From Massalongia carnosa (lineage: Eukaryota): a stretch of DNA of 64,000 nucleotides. Each line of letters begins with the position of its first letter. Position 1 is the stretch's first letter. The DNA lies in NCBI GenBank assembly GCA_965645245.1, contig OZ287081.1, forward strand, positions 682,001-746,000, written 5' to 3'. Made by a program: the position numbers and the translations under genes. Shown one piece after another: positions 24,332 through 37,516 of this stretch. The notes beneath the pieces were generated by a model that ran no database searches, was not told where the DNA came from, and saw nothing but the letters and a program-made list of their open reading frames with translations.

Positions 24332-26546
24332 ATGGTCTCTCTTGGAATACGGAGGATTGCTTCTACCCCCAGGGTGAGTTGACTGGGCAAGTAAATATGC
24401 GAAGGGCGCTGTACTTATGGAGGAAATCACAGTTCTCTAAAGCCACACGACACAGTCGATTCTTCTCATGCACAAGGCCGGCAGGTAGGATTGTCTATTG
24501 TGGCTATCTACTCTCTGCTAAGTGTTATAAATAGCGCGGATCGTCGCCAATCAGCCACTTCGAGCGAAGGAGGCATCCCCGTTTATCAACACAAAATACC
24601 CAGTTATAGTAGGCGCGCCCTACGTCAATGGGAGACCTCCGTAATACTTACTTTTCAAGGATCATGAGTACGATGCACTTGTTGTTGGCGCTGGTGGTTC
24701 AGGGCTTCGGGCAGCGTTCGGTCTAGCCGAAGCTGGTTTCAATACTGCATGCATATCGAAGTTATTTCCAACAAGAAGCCACACGGTAGCTGCGCAAGGC
24801 GGCATAAATGCTGCGTTGGGAAAGTCAGTATTCTCAGCATCCACATTTCGACCAACTTTGTTGGATGCTAATCAGACTATTCAGTATGCACGAGGATGAT
24901 TGGCGGTGGCACATGTACGATACTGTAAAGGGTTCAGACTGGCTCGGCGATCAGGATGCTATACACTACATGACGAGAGAGGCACCACAGAGTGTTATTG
25001 AGCTGGAAAATTATGGCTGTCCGTTCTCGAGAACGGAGGACGGGAAGATGTAGGAGTTTTGTAAGTTACATTATTTTGGGAAACCTATTGACTGTGATCT
25101 AGATATCAGCGAGCTTTTGGTGGTCAGTCGCAAAAGTACGGGAAAGGAGGACAGGCATACCGATGCTGTGCTGCTGCTGATCGAACTGGTCATGCTCTCC
25201 TTCACACACTCTACGGCCAATCGCTGCGCCATAACACCAATTATTTTATTGAATATTTCGCATTGGATCTGATAATGGAGGATGGTGAATGTAAAGGTGT
25301 CATCGCTTACAATCAAGAGGATGGCACGCTACATCGGTTTCGTTCCCATAACACCGTTCTAGCCACAGGAGGGTATGGGCGAGCATACTTCAGCTGTACC
25401 TCAGCACATACCTGTACAGGGGATGGAATGGCTATGGTGGCTCGTGCTGGCCTACCTAATCAGGATCTAGAGTTTGTGCAATTCCATCCAACCGGCATTT
25501 ATGGTGCAGGCTGTTTGATCACTGAGGGCTCTCGAGGTGAAGGTGGTTATCTGTTGAATTCTGAGGGAGAGCGATTCATGGAACGATATGCACCTACTGC
25601 CAAAGATCTTGCAAGTCGAGATGTTGTCTCCCGATCTATGACCATGGAGATACGCGAAGGACGTGGTGTCGGACCTGACAAGGATCACATCTACCTACAA
25701 CTGAGCCATTTGCCACCAGAGGTCCTTCATGAACGTCTTCCAGGTATTTCTGAGACTGCATCTATCTTCTCCGGTGTCGACGTCCGCAAGCAGCCCATTC
25801 CTGTTCTCCCAACCGTCCACTATAACATGGGTGGTATTCCAACTAAATATACCGGGGAGGTCATCACCGTTGACGAGGCAGGCAATGACAAAGTTGTGCC
25901 TGGCTTGTTTGCGTGTGGCGAAGCCGCTTGCGTCTCGGTACATGGAGCAAATCGGTTGGGTGCTAATTCACTCCTTGATTTGATTGTTTTCGGCCGTGCT
26001 GTATCACATACTGTACGCGATAACTTTTCCCCAGGTATGCCTCATAAAGAAATTCGAGCGGATGCAGGTGCAGATACCATCAGCGTTCTTGACAAAGTCC
26101 GCACCGCGGACGGACCAAAATCAACAAACGAGATTCGAAGTGCCATGCAAAAAGTCATGCAGACTGATGTATCAGTATTCCGCACTCAGGAGTCACTTGA
26201 CGAAGGCAGCCGGCGGATCAACGAAGTCGATTCATCCTTCAGCGAACTCGGCACCAAGGATCGCAGCATGATCTGGAACAGCGACCTTGTGGAATCATTA
26301 GAACTACGAAACCTACTCACCTGTGCGGTTCAGACTGCCGACTCAGCCGCGAACCGGAAAGAGTCAAGAGGCGCCCATGCGCGAGAGGATTATCCTGACC
26401 GAGACGATCAGAACTGGATGAAACACACGCTCTCATTCCAGAAGCAACCGCACGGGAAGGTAGAGCTTGGGTATAGAAAGGTAATTGGCCACACGCTGGA
26501 TGAGAATGAATGCAAGGCAGTTCCTCCGTTCAAGAGAACGTATTAA
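24332..26546 (+). CDS. SDH1: Succinate dehydrogenase flavoprotein subunit; 6 exons
   Basis: Mitochondrial presequence [35 protein letters not shown]-attachment [32 protein letters not shown] and ESRGAHAR. Confidence 0.97.
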
Positions 26547-27617
26547 ATGAATGGGAAGATGTGGGTTGATGGGCACTTGGGAGGCATCTGAAGTTATTAG
26601 CCGGGCCCATTGAAATATAAAGCGGTATGTTATTTGGCAGCTTTGTTTATTTGTATATACTTGAATACACATCACAGCTATCATCTACCGACCTTTTTTG
26701 CATCTAAAACACGCTTCGGTCATACTCTGCCAAAGGGTATGACATCAATGCTCCATTGTTTGAATATTGTCTGTTCGTGTAAAAGTTCAGATCCCCAGGT
26801 CGCAACTGGCTAACTTCCCTTTGGAGGTGGCAACAGAAGTAAGCACCCAAATTATTCAACAAACAGCTTCAGGACTGGTTAAACACGCAGCTGAATGAAT
26901 GAATGAATGAATGAAAATTGAAATGAATAACAATCGAAAATCGAATTCCCTTTGAAATGTTTGCCTGAATGTCGTATACTACCAAGGTCCTCTTCGCTCG
27001 CAACTTTTTGCTTAAGTGTTCCACAGTTACCACGTTGAAGCTAAACCTATTCGAGGTTTTTAGTTGTTGTCCGTTGAACCTCAGTCGCTGAGGTTTGCGC
27101 CTTCCTTTACCTGTAGGCTGCAAGCTGCTGAGTGACCGGTAATTCTTCCCTTCCGAAGTCCGAAGGCATCGTGGCATCCTCCGATTCTCTTGACACTTTT
27201 CCGATCACTGCATTAATATCGGTGAGTCGGTACTCGACTTCCGAAAAGCTTCACTCCCTTGTCAAGCCGAGTTCCCGACCATGCCGGCGTATCAAACCTA
27301 TATGTTGCCCAATTGTTGCTCTGCACTATACGGAGTAATCCATGGCACTGTGGCTCCTAAATCGAGCGCTGCATCGTGCGATTGGCGTGGCTAGCTACCT
27401 CACATCTCTAATGGCTTCGTCTTTCCCGTCTTTTGAATCCAGCCTGTTGTCACTTCATGGAATTTCATGGCACTTTGCTTACAACACAGAACTATGCAAT
27501 GCAAGTCTTTGCCGTTTCCTTAATATTGAGCTTGCGCCGCCTTTCTTGGGTTCTCTCAGTATGTTTTGCTTCCCAACTCGACTCCCCTAACCTATTCAAG
27601 CGTTTGCCTTTGCTATC

Positions 27618-29707
27618 ATGAGTGCTCTCTTTCGAGACTCGGCCTTGGGCCAGCTTGTCAGGTATGCAAGCAATAACAAATTTCTCTTGTATCCGGAGGA
27701 GAGAACGGGTTTTCAGTGCCCGTCTCAATACAGAAACACAGGACTTGGTGCCGAGTCTCTGGCAGGAGATTTTGGGGTAAACTCTGTGGAAAAGTCGCCA
27801 TTCGCGAAGGCCGAGTCCATTAAAAAGCCGTCTCTAGATGAAACACCTGCCCATAGGCCTGAATCTATCGAGGAGCTATCTCCTCCTCCAACGCCTGCTA
27901 CGGAAAAAGATATGGATTTCGCTCCGATCGCTGCTGCCCCTACGAACCTTACACGAACCCGTACTGCCTTGAGCCGAATAGATACGCGGGCAGCTTTAGA
28001 GAAGGTTCATACCAGGAAAGATCTTGAAGAAGCATATACCACAGCGACGTTGGAAAAGGGGCCGACATTACCCATCATCCCGGAAAAACTAGACGATGGG
28101 ACAATTCTGGTGGATTGGTACGACACTGATGATCCGGAAAACCCGCAGAATTGGTCGACGAATAAGAAGTACTTTGTAACTTTCCAGATATGGTAAGGCG
28201 TGCAAAAGGTCTGAACGTATTCTTGTGCTGAGAAAGTGCAGCTTGTATACCCTGACCGTTTATATGGGCTCTGCCATCTATGCCCCCAGTGAATATGGAG
28301 TTATTGCAGAGTTTGGAGTCTCTGAAACAGTGGCTTCGTTGGGGCTCGCTTTGTACGTTCTTGCATATGGTATCGGACCGATGCTCTGGGCGCCTTTGAG
28401 CGAGATTCCTATTATTGGAAGAAACCCTCCCTATATCGCTACATTTGCCTTGTTCGTCGTGCTTACGGTACCAACGGCCTTGGTCAATAATCTCGGGGGT
28501 CTTTTAGTCCTTCGATTTCTCCAAGGATTTTTTGGCTCTCCATGTCTTGCAACTGGAGGTGCGACTCTAGGTGATATATTCTCGCTGGTTAAATTGCCGT
28601 ATGCTCTCTCCTTATGGGCGCTCTTTGCTACAGGTGGACCTGCTTTGGGCCCTATCATCTCGGGGTTTTCGGTTCCAAAGGAAAACTGGCACTGGTCTAT
28701 GTGGGAAATGCTGTGGATGGGTGGCCCGGTTTTTCTCTTACTCTTTGCGTGCCTCCCAGAAACTTCTTCGTCAAATATTCTCCTGCGCCGCGCTGCACGT
28801 CTGCGTAGGCTGACGGGTGATGATCATCTGAAGAGCCAGAGTGAAATCGACCAGGCCGAGATGTCCGTTTCAGATACGGCAGTATTCTACCTGTGGAAAC
28901 CCTGGCAAATCACCGTATTGGATCCTGCTATATTGTTCACGTCGATTTACGTGAGTCTCCTCTATGGCATCTTTTATTCCTTCTTCGAAGTCTTTCCCTT
29001 GGTCTACCCTGCCATGTATGATTTCACCGCTGGCGAGACAGGTCTAGCTTTCCTTCCAATCCCCTTAGCTGGAGCTTTCTCGGTGGGATTATATTGGTCA
29101 TATTTGTGGTTCATTGTGGAGCCAGGACTTCGAAAAGATGGTCTCCCGGCGCCTGAGAAGAGGTTGCAACCTGCTTTATTCTCGGCATTTTTGGTCCCCA
29201 TAGGACTTTTCTGGTTTGGTGAGTGCAAAGGTTTTTCGATACCCATAATCCCCCTTTTTGGCCTCTTAAGCCCTTTTTTTTCTTGATGCTCATCCAACTA
29301 CATTCTCAACCATTCACCATCCCTAAAGCTCACCCTACATGTTTCCCATCATTAACCGGATCCTCCGAACAGGTTGGACATCCAATCCTTCCATCCACTG
29401 GATATGCAGCATGTTCGCTATCGGCATCTTCACCATTGGTATCTTCATCATTCTGCAGTGCATCTTCCTCTATGTGCCGCTGACATACCCCCCTTACGCC
29501 GCATCCCTCTTCGCCGCCAACGATTTCTGCCGCTCTTCCCTCGCCGCTGGGGCCATATTGTTCGCGCACCCGCTGTTTGCAAAACTGGGCGTTGGGAAGG
29601 GTGTCAGTTTATTGGCGAGTCTAACGTGCGCATGCGTGGGTGGGATTTGGGCGTTGTATTTCTTGGGGGCGAATTTGAGAGCCAGGAGTCGATTTGCGAT
29701 CAAGTGA
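27618..29707 (+). CDS. MFS multidrug:H+ antiporter, DHA1 family (FLR1/Caf5-like); introns 28193-28241 and 29219-29372
   Basis: VDWYDTDDPENPQNWS, GPMLWAPLSEIPIIGRNPPY, LRFLQGFFGSPCLATGGA, LPETS, PEKRL and YAASLFAAND, with about 12 hydrophobic segments. Confidence 0.93.
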
Positions 29708-30103
29708 GAAGGGAGGCAATTTGGAAGAAGGGCTGAGGAGAAGATAGAATCTGGCAACATAAAATTAGAGAGGTATGCGCCTGACCGACTTAACACCAAA
29801 GAACTATCAATAGCTTTGTTCCTGCTCGGCCTACTCTATCCACCAGATGCAATGCTTATATCTCGTCCGCTCTAATAGCACAATCAAGAAAATATGCGAA
29901 AACAACATTTCTTCCAGAAGAAATCATTAATATTTTCATCTGTCTTGTATATCGTCGCTTGAGGATAAGAAGCTTTGATCACGTGGCAAATAAGATGGAA
30001 AAATCTAATGCGCGTCGACGACGCGATAATGACGTAGTAACAGTCTTAACTTCCTTAACGACGACATGCAGAGATGCTACCACGACGATAATTTTCTCTT
30101 AGG

Positions 30104-31248
30104 ATGACTTCCACAATGGCGAAAAAACGGGCTTTGGAAAACTTTTTCTCACCAGTCTCCCAAAAGAAAACTCGGGTTATTGGAGAGAAGCCGGCCTTAA
30201 CGACGGCTGCCGAATCCCCAAGCACCGAAGCATCTTACCACGAAAACTACCCGTTCCCAATCCCGCATCTTCCATTACACATATCCGATCAACTGTTGGA
30301 GGGTCCGGCAGCTAATGGCAAGGAAATCAACAACCAGCCCGATCTCGACCTGCTATACTTCCAACCCTACATACTCAAGCCCATCCAGAAAGATCTCTTT
30401 GAGTTCCTTCGCCGCGAGCTCTTCTTTTACCGCGTGCAATACAAGATCAAGCGAGGCCCTACCGAAACGCTAATAAACACACCCCGATAGTAAACCCTCC
30501 CCCTCCACCCCCACGATATTCTCCCACTTACCTCCGGCCCCTCTACCCTTCCAGCACCACCGTCTTCGGGGTCGACGAAACTTCCCGCTTCCTCCCCAAT
30601 GGCAATCTCATCGACGCTGAATCCGCCGCCCCGGTCCCCGCCTCCACCCGCTACCGCACTTGCGCCCCCCGTCGCATCCCCCACTGCCTCGACCAGCTCC
30701 GCCAAACGACGGAGGTTTTCACAGGTGCAACCTACAACTTCTGCCTTGTGAACTACTATGCTACCGGCGAGGACAGCATCTCCTACCACAGCGACGACGA
30801 GCGCTTCCTCGGACCCAACCCGGCCATCGCCTCCTTCTCCCTCGGCGCGCCGCGGGACTTCCTCATGAAGCACAAACCAGCTTCGTCGGCGGCGCACAAG
30901 CACTCCGCCGCCGTTGGAGAAGCGCCCTTTGCAATCGGCGGTGGCGGTGACGGTGGCGTAGCCGCGGCCGACAAACCCTTGAAATTCCTGCTCGCGAGCG
31001 GCGACATGATCCTCATGCGTGGCCGCACGCAGGCGAACTGGCTGCACAGCATCCCGAAACGGAAAGGGGCGGGGGCGGACAGGGGACGGATCAACATTAC
31101 GTTTCGGAAGGCAGTGGAAAGGGGTGGCACGGAGAATTACTATCGCTATAATGTTGGAGAGGGCCGCGTGTGGAGGTGGGATGGGGTGGAGGGGGAGATG
31201 AGGGTTTGGGATGGGGTAAAGGGTGGAAGGGCGGGGGAGAAGATTTAG
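30104..31248 (+). CDS. AlkB-family 2OG-Fe(II) dioxygenase (ALKBH2/3-like DNA repair); intron 30490-30554
   Basis: YNFCLVNYY, HSD (HxD), IASFSLGAPRDF, WLHSIPK and RINITFR form the HxD...H...R motif set. Confidence 0.9.
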
Positions 31249-33239
31249 CGGACGGAAGTGCAAAGGATGTTAGTTAAGGCTAGGTTTGCTTTACTCTGAA
31301 CTCCAAGTATCAAGCAATAAAGGCATTGACTATCAGCAAAACGCACTATAACAAAACCTACCTGTTTCGTTCCATTCCGTTCTTATGATAACGACATAGC
31401 GACAAGCCTACTCCAAAAAAACGAGTACGAAGAAATATTTCACCAAAGCACCACCCCAATTATCGAATATGAAGGGAAAGGGGAGAGCTGGATATGGTCA
31501 TCCTCCCCTCTCTGAAAGAAAACCCCCCCCCCAAAACCCAACAATGAAGACCGACAACCAACGATCCGAGAATATCGCATTAAGTTATAGAAAAACGAAC
31601 GAATGAAATAACCTGTTTTCCGATAGCAAGTTGGTGATGGTATATTCGTGGCTTGAGAGTGAGTCGACGACATACTTTTAAAACCGTACAAGCAGCGCTT
31701 GAAACGCTGAGGACATTTTGGCTGGAGCATCCCATGGCTAACCATTGACTTGACCGTTACGCTGAGCCGGGCCTTGTGCCTGAAGTTCTATGATTGCAAC
31801 AATAGGAGAACAAGCGTCTCTGCTAGGAGGATCAAGTTGGTGAAGCTACTAGACTAGAAACAACTCCCAAAGTAGCTGGTAGTCTTCGGTCAATAAGCAC
31901 ATGCAAGAACCCGACCTTGCCAATGCGGGCCTGTCATATAGGAATTTGAGGGGCCTTGAAGATCCACTCCGAGTTTCTATTGTTATGCAAAAGCGGAATG
32001 GGGCGAAATAGGCGCTGTGTAGCCGGAGTAAAATTTCCTCAGACGTGCCTGCTATGCAAACAATAGATAGAAATAGAACTCTTGATGTTCCATAGCTCTC
32101 CAGAATGCCATTACGCGTCCCACTGCTACATACCATAGGTTTGCCTTGGGATGTGAAAGTGTGCCTGGCGAAAAGCAAAACCAAAAGAACAAGGCAGCAT
32201 CGTTGATCTAAGAGTTGTTTCCAGATGCATCTCAGCCATCTAATAGTCTTGATGATTTCCACGTTGTCTGAACGGTCACGTTTGCGTTTGGAGTAGCTTC
32301 GAATTCGGTATGATATGATGTGATATGGTATTTCCGATCGTAGCTGTGGGTCAAGGGTTTGGCAAATTGATGGAATTACTCGAGCATGCTTGAGCAATAA
32401 GTTTAGAGTTATCGCGTCTCTATGCTACAAAAAAAAAGGGTCAGCAAGGCCTTGTGGAGGACCCATTCCTGTTCTCCTGTCTACAATGAAATGGATAGAA
32501 GATTGCCTAAAGGTGAATTCCGGCGAAAGAGAGGCTAGGCTATCACTATATCCATCCTAGCGGGATCCAGTTATCACCCCAAGGTAGGGAAGGATCGATC
32601 AAGCGCAATTGTTGCTGCGATTTAATTTAGAATCTAGAATCCGATAATATAGGATGTAAGCGGGATGGAAAGCAGCATTATGGAACAGGGAGTATTGATC
32701 CTACATTTCCAGCAGCTGGATTGTTGCGAGTATGATCCTAAAAGGAAGCGGTATATTAAGTTGGTGACTGCTTTTGCCCTGATTGGCTTAGCTCACCCTT
32801 ATGGGAATATTGATAAACCCAACAATAAAGAAACAATAAGAAATCATCCCTCGTGCTGATTCGTTCATGCGCCTAGTTGCCTTTAATAGAAGATTAGATG
32901 GAGACTTGGTAAAAAACTACAAGACGGAATGTATATGTCTGGATAAGACCTCACACTCGCTAATACCAAGAGATAAGAACTTGGCAAATCAATAGAAAAA
33001 TAGGAAAAGCTGTGCAGCAACAACTTTGTTATGAATTAGGCACGATAACATAAATTCAAACAGAAGCTACACGATTTGACAGAAGCATCATCATATTTTA
33101 AGCAGAAGCTAATTCTTGGATAACAATGATCTACCACTAATCTGGTCATAGTGGAGAGATAAACTCATATCGACATCTATTTGTATGCATCATGCAGCAT
33201 TAGTTATACTCAGACTTGGGCGCCCGATTTCTTGTCAAT

Positions 33240-34816
33240 TCAGTATTCTTTGGCCTGTAAGTTTAATTAGCTTTGACCCCCACATAGCAGTGAATAAAAT
33301 ACCCTTGCCACAATCCTTGCAATGCCATCCAAGCCCTTTTTCAGCGTTTCCATCTTGGGGCCGTAGCTAAGACGCACAAAATGATGACAGGGACTGTCAA
33401 ACAAGTCTCGCCTCTTGGCTGGATTGAGATCAAAAAATATCCCCGGAACGACAATGACACGCTCCTCCAGACATTTCTGGAAGAAGTTTAGCCCATCGCT
33501 AATCGAAGTCGGCAACCCGCTAAGGTCAAGCCAGATGTAGAAAGTGGAGTCAGGAATGTTGCTAATTTTGAAACCAATCTCCTTGAGTCTGCCCAGAACA
33601 TAGTCCCTCTTAGCCTTGAAATGTCTTTGAAGGGCCTTCATCTCTCGCAACACATTATCAGGCTCCAGCATGGGAATGGCAGCCTCTTGAAAGGGCACGT
33701 TGGCGCCACCATCTAGATAAGAACCACAGGAACCGATTGCGCTAATAAATTCCTTGGGACCGAGGATCCACGCGATCCGCCATCCTGGGAGGCGAAAGCG
33801 TTTGGTCAGGCCGTCAATGAGAAGTACGTCATCCTCATCGACGTCCTCGATGTTGTCGGCCGCGCTCACCGTTGTTCCATCGCAGTCACTGGTGTAGTTG
33901 TACCCGCCATAGAATTCATCCATGATCAGCGTGGCGCGATCCCGACAAATATCTTGGATTTCGGCCAGCTGAGGATTCTTTACCACCTTGCCGGTTGGGT
34001 TGCGAGGGTTCGATGTCAATATTACGGACGTACCTCTCGCGATTTCCGTAGCGATTTTATCCGGGTGAATATGATAACCGTCTTCTTCGGACAACGGCGA
34101 TGGAATCGCGGCAAACTGATTGGCAGTAAGAACAGGAATCAGTATAAATAAGCCTGTGACAGACGTACATTCCGGAATAGCGACAGCATCTCGTTGTAAG
34201 CGGTGTAGTCGGGGATGAAGAACCCCAGGTACGCGTTATTCAAGACCGCAGCGATCCGAATGAGACCCGCCCTTCCACCCGGAACGACGGCTACATTTTC
34301 CCACGAGTACTGGCTCGCCTTGCCTTTACGGTGATGGGCGTTGTACAGTTTAGCAATGGCAACTCGTAGTGGTTTGATTCCCGCTACCGGACCGTACTCT
34401 CGCGAGTTTAACGAAACCTCGATGGTTTTCGGTCGATCAAAGCTGCCTTCAATCTCGTCGTCGACCTCCGGGGCGCCTTGGCCAAGATTGCTGCATTTCT
34501 TCCGTCAGCAATCCGCTCCAGGTCGGTAGAGTACAGGAGACCTACGCCCATCCCGACGGATTTTCCGAAAATCCATGCTCATTTGCCCTTTCCGTACACC
34601 AAATGACTCCCGTGGAGGCTCGATTTGGATCTAACCCTGCATGAGGTCGATGGCCTTCGTGGGCGCTGCGGAATTGCCGATGGATCTTGGAATTGACTTC
34701 ACTGCCGGGAGTAAGCGGGTGATAGGAAACGCCAGGTGGGGGTGGTTTTAGATTATGAAGCAGCGCACGTACCCAGAAGACTTGCTTGTGCTAAACTTCC
34801 GGCCAGAAAAGCTCAT
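33240..34816 (-). CDS. PLP-dependent class I/II aminotransferase (aspartate aminotransferase-like); 5 exons
   Basis: NLGQGAPE, VVPGGRAGL, SNPRNPTG, IMDEFY and the PLP-lysine motif GLTKRFRLPGWR. The last exon AKEY* is reached through a GTATTT..CAG intron. Confidence 0.9.
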
Positions 34817-36448
34817 GATGGCTACTTGGGTACTACAGATGGCAAGGTACAAGACCAAAAGAAATTCCAGATATACCCTCGTAAAGTTGCCAGATCGATG
34901 AGATGCAGACTTGGCACAGAAGTGAGGAGCATGTTTTGGAACGAATGTAGGGGGGACGAGAGGCAAAAAGTGTGGTCAGGATTCGATCTAACTCAATTAG
35001 GAAATTTTGCCGACGCTTAGGGCATGGCTTACTGACCATCGTTTAGGTGACTTGAACCGGAGAAAATCCGAAACCGAACAAAACGACTCAGACGAAAACT
35101 TAAAAAGACCGAATGGCCACGGCACTTTCGCATTGCGAACTGGCGCAATTAGACTCTGAGCGGAAATTTATATTACCTGTTTCATAAATCCACTATCCAG
35201 AAGGGCCATTGGCTATCCAAATCGTTTTTAGCTTCCGTATGTGGGCCTTTTGCTTCTTGACTACGGAAATCCGACACTCTGGCACCCAGAAACTACCGAC
35301 TTCCCGGTTTGATGAAGGGAGATGCTCTAACGAACGCCAAACCATTTCTCCAACTTAACTATGAGTTATCAGTCACATCACGCGGGCCTTCCACTCTTCC
35401 ACATCCTATCATGCGGCCCTCACAGCACGTCAATCTCAAGATCCGGATCTTTGTGAGCCTAGTTAGACTAGCCATGAGCAACCCACCATGTGGTGATAAC
35501 CATCGGAGAATATCCTGGGGTGGACTCCTTTATCTTGTTTCCAATCTGGGACCAGGCACGTTTTCACGTTGTGCTGACGTTCAACGGGGTATAATTATCA
35601 CCGAGGTCTCGGATGCTGGAGTGCGACGAAGAGATGGTGGAAATAAATCGGATATGTTGCTCATGATGAGTATTTCCGTCGAGTTAACCAACATATTTCA
35701 TCCATGGTTCCCACTCTTGGAAATTGGATCCTCTGGGCTCGCTGTCTGACGTAAGACAAGCACGTGTATGGCCTATATAGGGCCGGCAAGCAAACCATCA
35801 GCTTCTGCGAGGAGCCTGTGCAATGCGGGGAGACTCGGGGTGATGCACAAAAGAAAGATGAGCTCTGAGACGCATTTTGCATGCAGGCATGTTACGCGAC
35901 TTTTAATCGACCCATGTGGCAATCATGACCACGTCAATGTTACTCCGTAGCTATGTACCAAATGACGGCAAATGCGCGAGCACGGGGTACAATGAACGCC
36001 AACGTGGCAGACAAGAATTCTTTCATCATCTTCATCTGCTCTTCACATTTTCCTGATGTGTACAAGAGCATCCCCCTATTCCTAATGAGATCAGTCGATT
36101 TGATAGATGCCCCTTTCCCTTAACTGCCCACCCCACCGAAAAGCATTGAAGGTGGAGTAATCCGGGGGAAACGCTCCATCCGTCGGCGATCATCTTCCAG
36201 CCCCATTATGTATTCAGTAGGGCGATGATCCATCCAGTGGTGTGTGGTGTCAACCAATCCGACGGGATGCGCCGAGGTTTCTCGCCAAAAAACCCCCAAT
36301 GACCCCCTGTAGTCATGCCTAATGCATGCATACAGTCACAGGTAAGCCCTTGGCCTGTACGCTCTGGGTACTCTGTAGGTACTCTGTTGCATGTATCTGT
36401 ACGAGTACCTGCATGGATGTGCAGATTGGACTGAACACGATCATCCTT

Positions 36449-36480
36449 GCCGGGGATACATAAGCCGGGGATACATAAGC
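36449..36480. repeat. Perfect 15-bp tandem duplication
   Basis: CCGGGGATACATAAG occurs twice in succession. Confidence 0.85.
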
Positions 36481-37516
36481 AATCCGGAGGTGTTCTTGGA
36501 AAGTGCTCAGCGATGGATGTTGAATGGGATGGATCATGACTCGTTGAACGGAGGACCTACATGAGTGCTAAAGGTTATGCTGACGATGATTCCCTTTCCA
36601 ATGCTTCTCATTGTGGGAACTGGGTTTATTTTTTAATGCTTTGAAAGGAGAGCCGGAGAAAGAGTTGGGGGTTGTTCTCCGCTTAACCACTTCCTGCATC
36701 TTAACCTTGTTTAAGCCGCTTATCTCTCAACCTTCATCTTTCGCTTCAACCCCCCCAAACGCCCCCTGCGCCCCCAATCTCCCTGCTGCTCTGTAATGTT
36801 AACCGTCCGCAAATGGTGCCAATGGCTTATTGCTGTTGGTTGATTGCAGATTGCTGATGAATGCTGCATCTCGCATCCCTTCGTCTCCAATCCTCCGTTT
36901 CTCCATTCCTCCAAACCCTCCAATCCGGTAATATGCAATACCGGCGTCGATTGATATGGTACTCTGTACTTTGTACAGATACGGATGCATATGCACTGCA
37001 GGCAAAGAAAAGAAACGAACAAACAATATCGTGGTAATAATAATAATGACTATCATCCGTCATAATACTCTGTACTCGTACCCGTCTAGTATAATATGGT
37101 GATGAAGCCTGCATTCTGTGACCAGAGCAATGGCCTCACTGGTGCTTGAGTATAACTATAGCAGGTGCCGAGTACTGGGTATCTATAAACCACTTTGGCG
37201 TCTTCCCCCCAGCCTCTGTCCTCTCACTCCACTCGTCTGTCAGACCCCTAATCAATCTTGCGTGCTTCTAACTGGTCTCTCAATTCATGACAAGACATGA
37301 GACCAGGAGGCTCGAACCTCGAGTCTCGAATTTCGATTCTCGAGGAACCCACCATTTCCACCCTCTCCCCTTTCTCGCCTGCGCTCTTTTCTCGAACACT
37401 CCAACGTTGCAATCACCAGTCCGTCGTCTAAGCTAGCACTCGCGCTACCCCTAGAGAACTCACTTTTAACTCCTAATTCTGAATCGCGGCCCACAAGGGC
37501 GACGATCTTCCGCACG

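Noticed and set aside
26826..26834. GGTGGCAAC, a PACE-like element
   Set aside because: Single imperfect match downstream of SDH1 and not near RPT1; compatible with chance.
31849..32397. 182-aa - strand ORF
   Set aside because: Non-ATG start, no domain and atypical composition. A decayed gene cannot be excluded, but I cannot support one.
35309..35749. 146-aa + strand ORF in the aminotransferase/mucin-like intergenic region
   Set aside because: TTG start, no recognisable motifs and no splice support.
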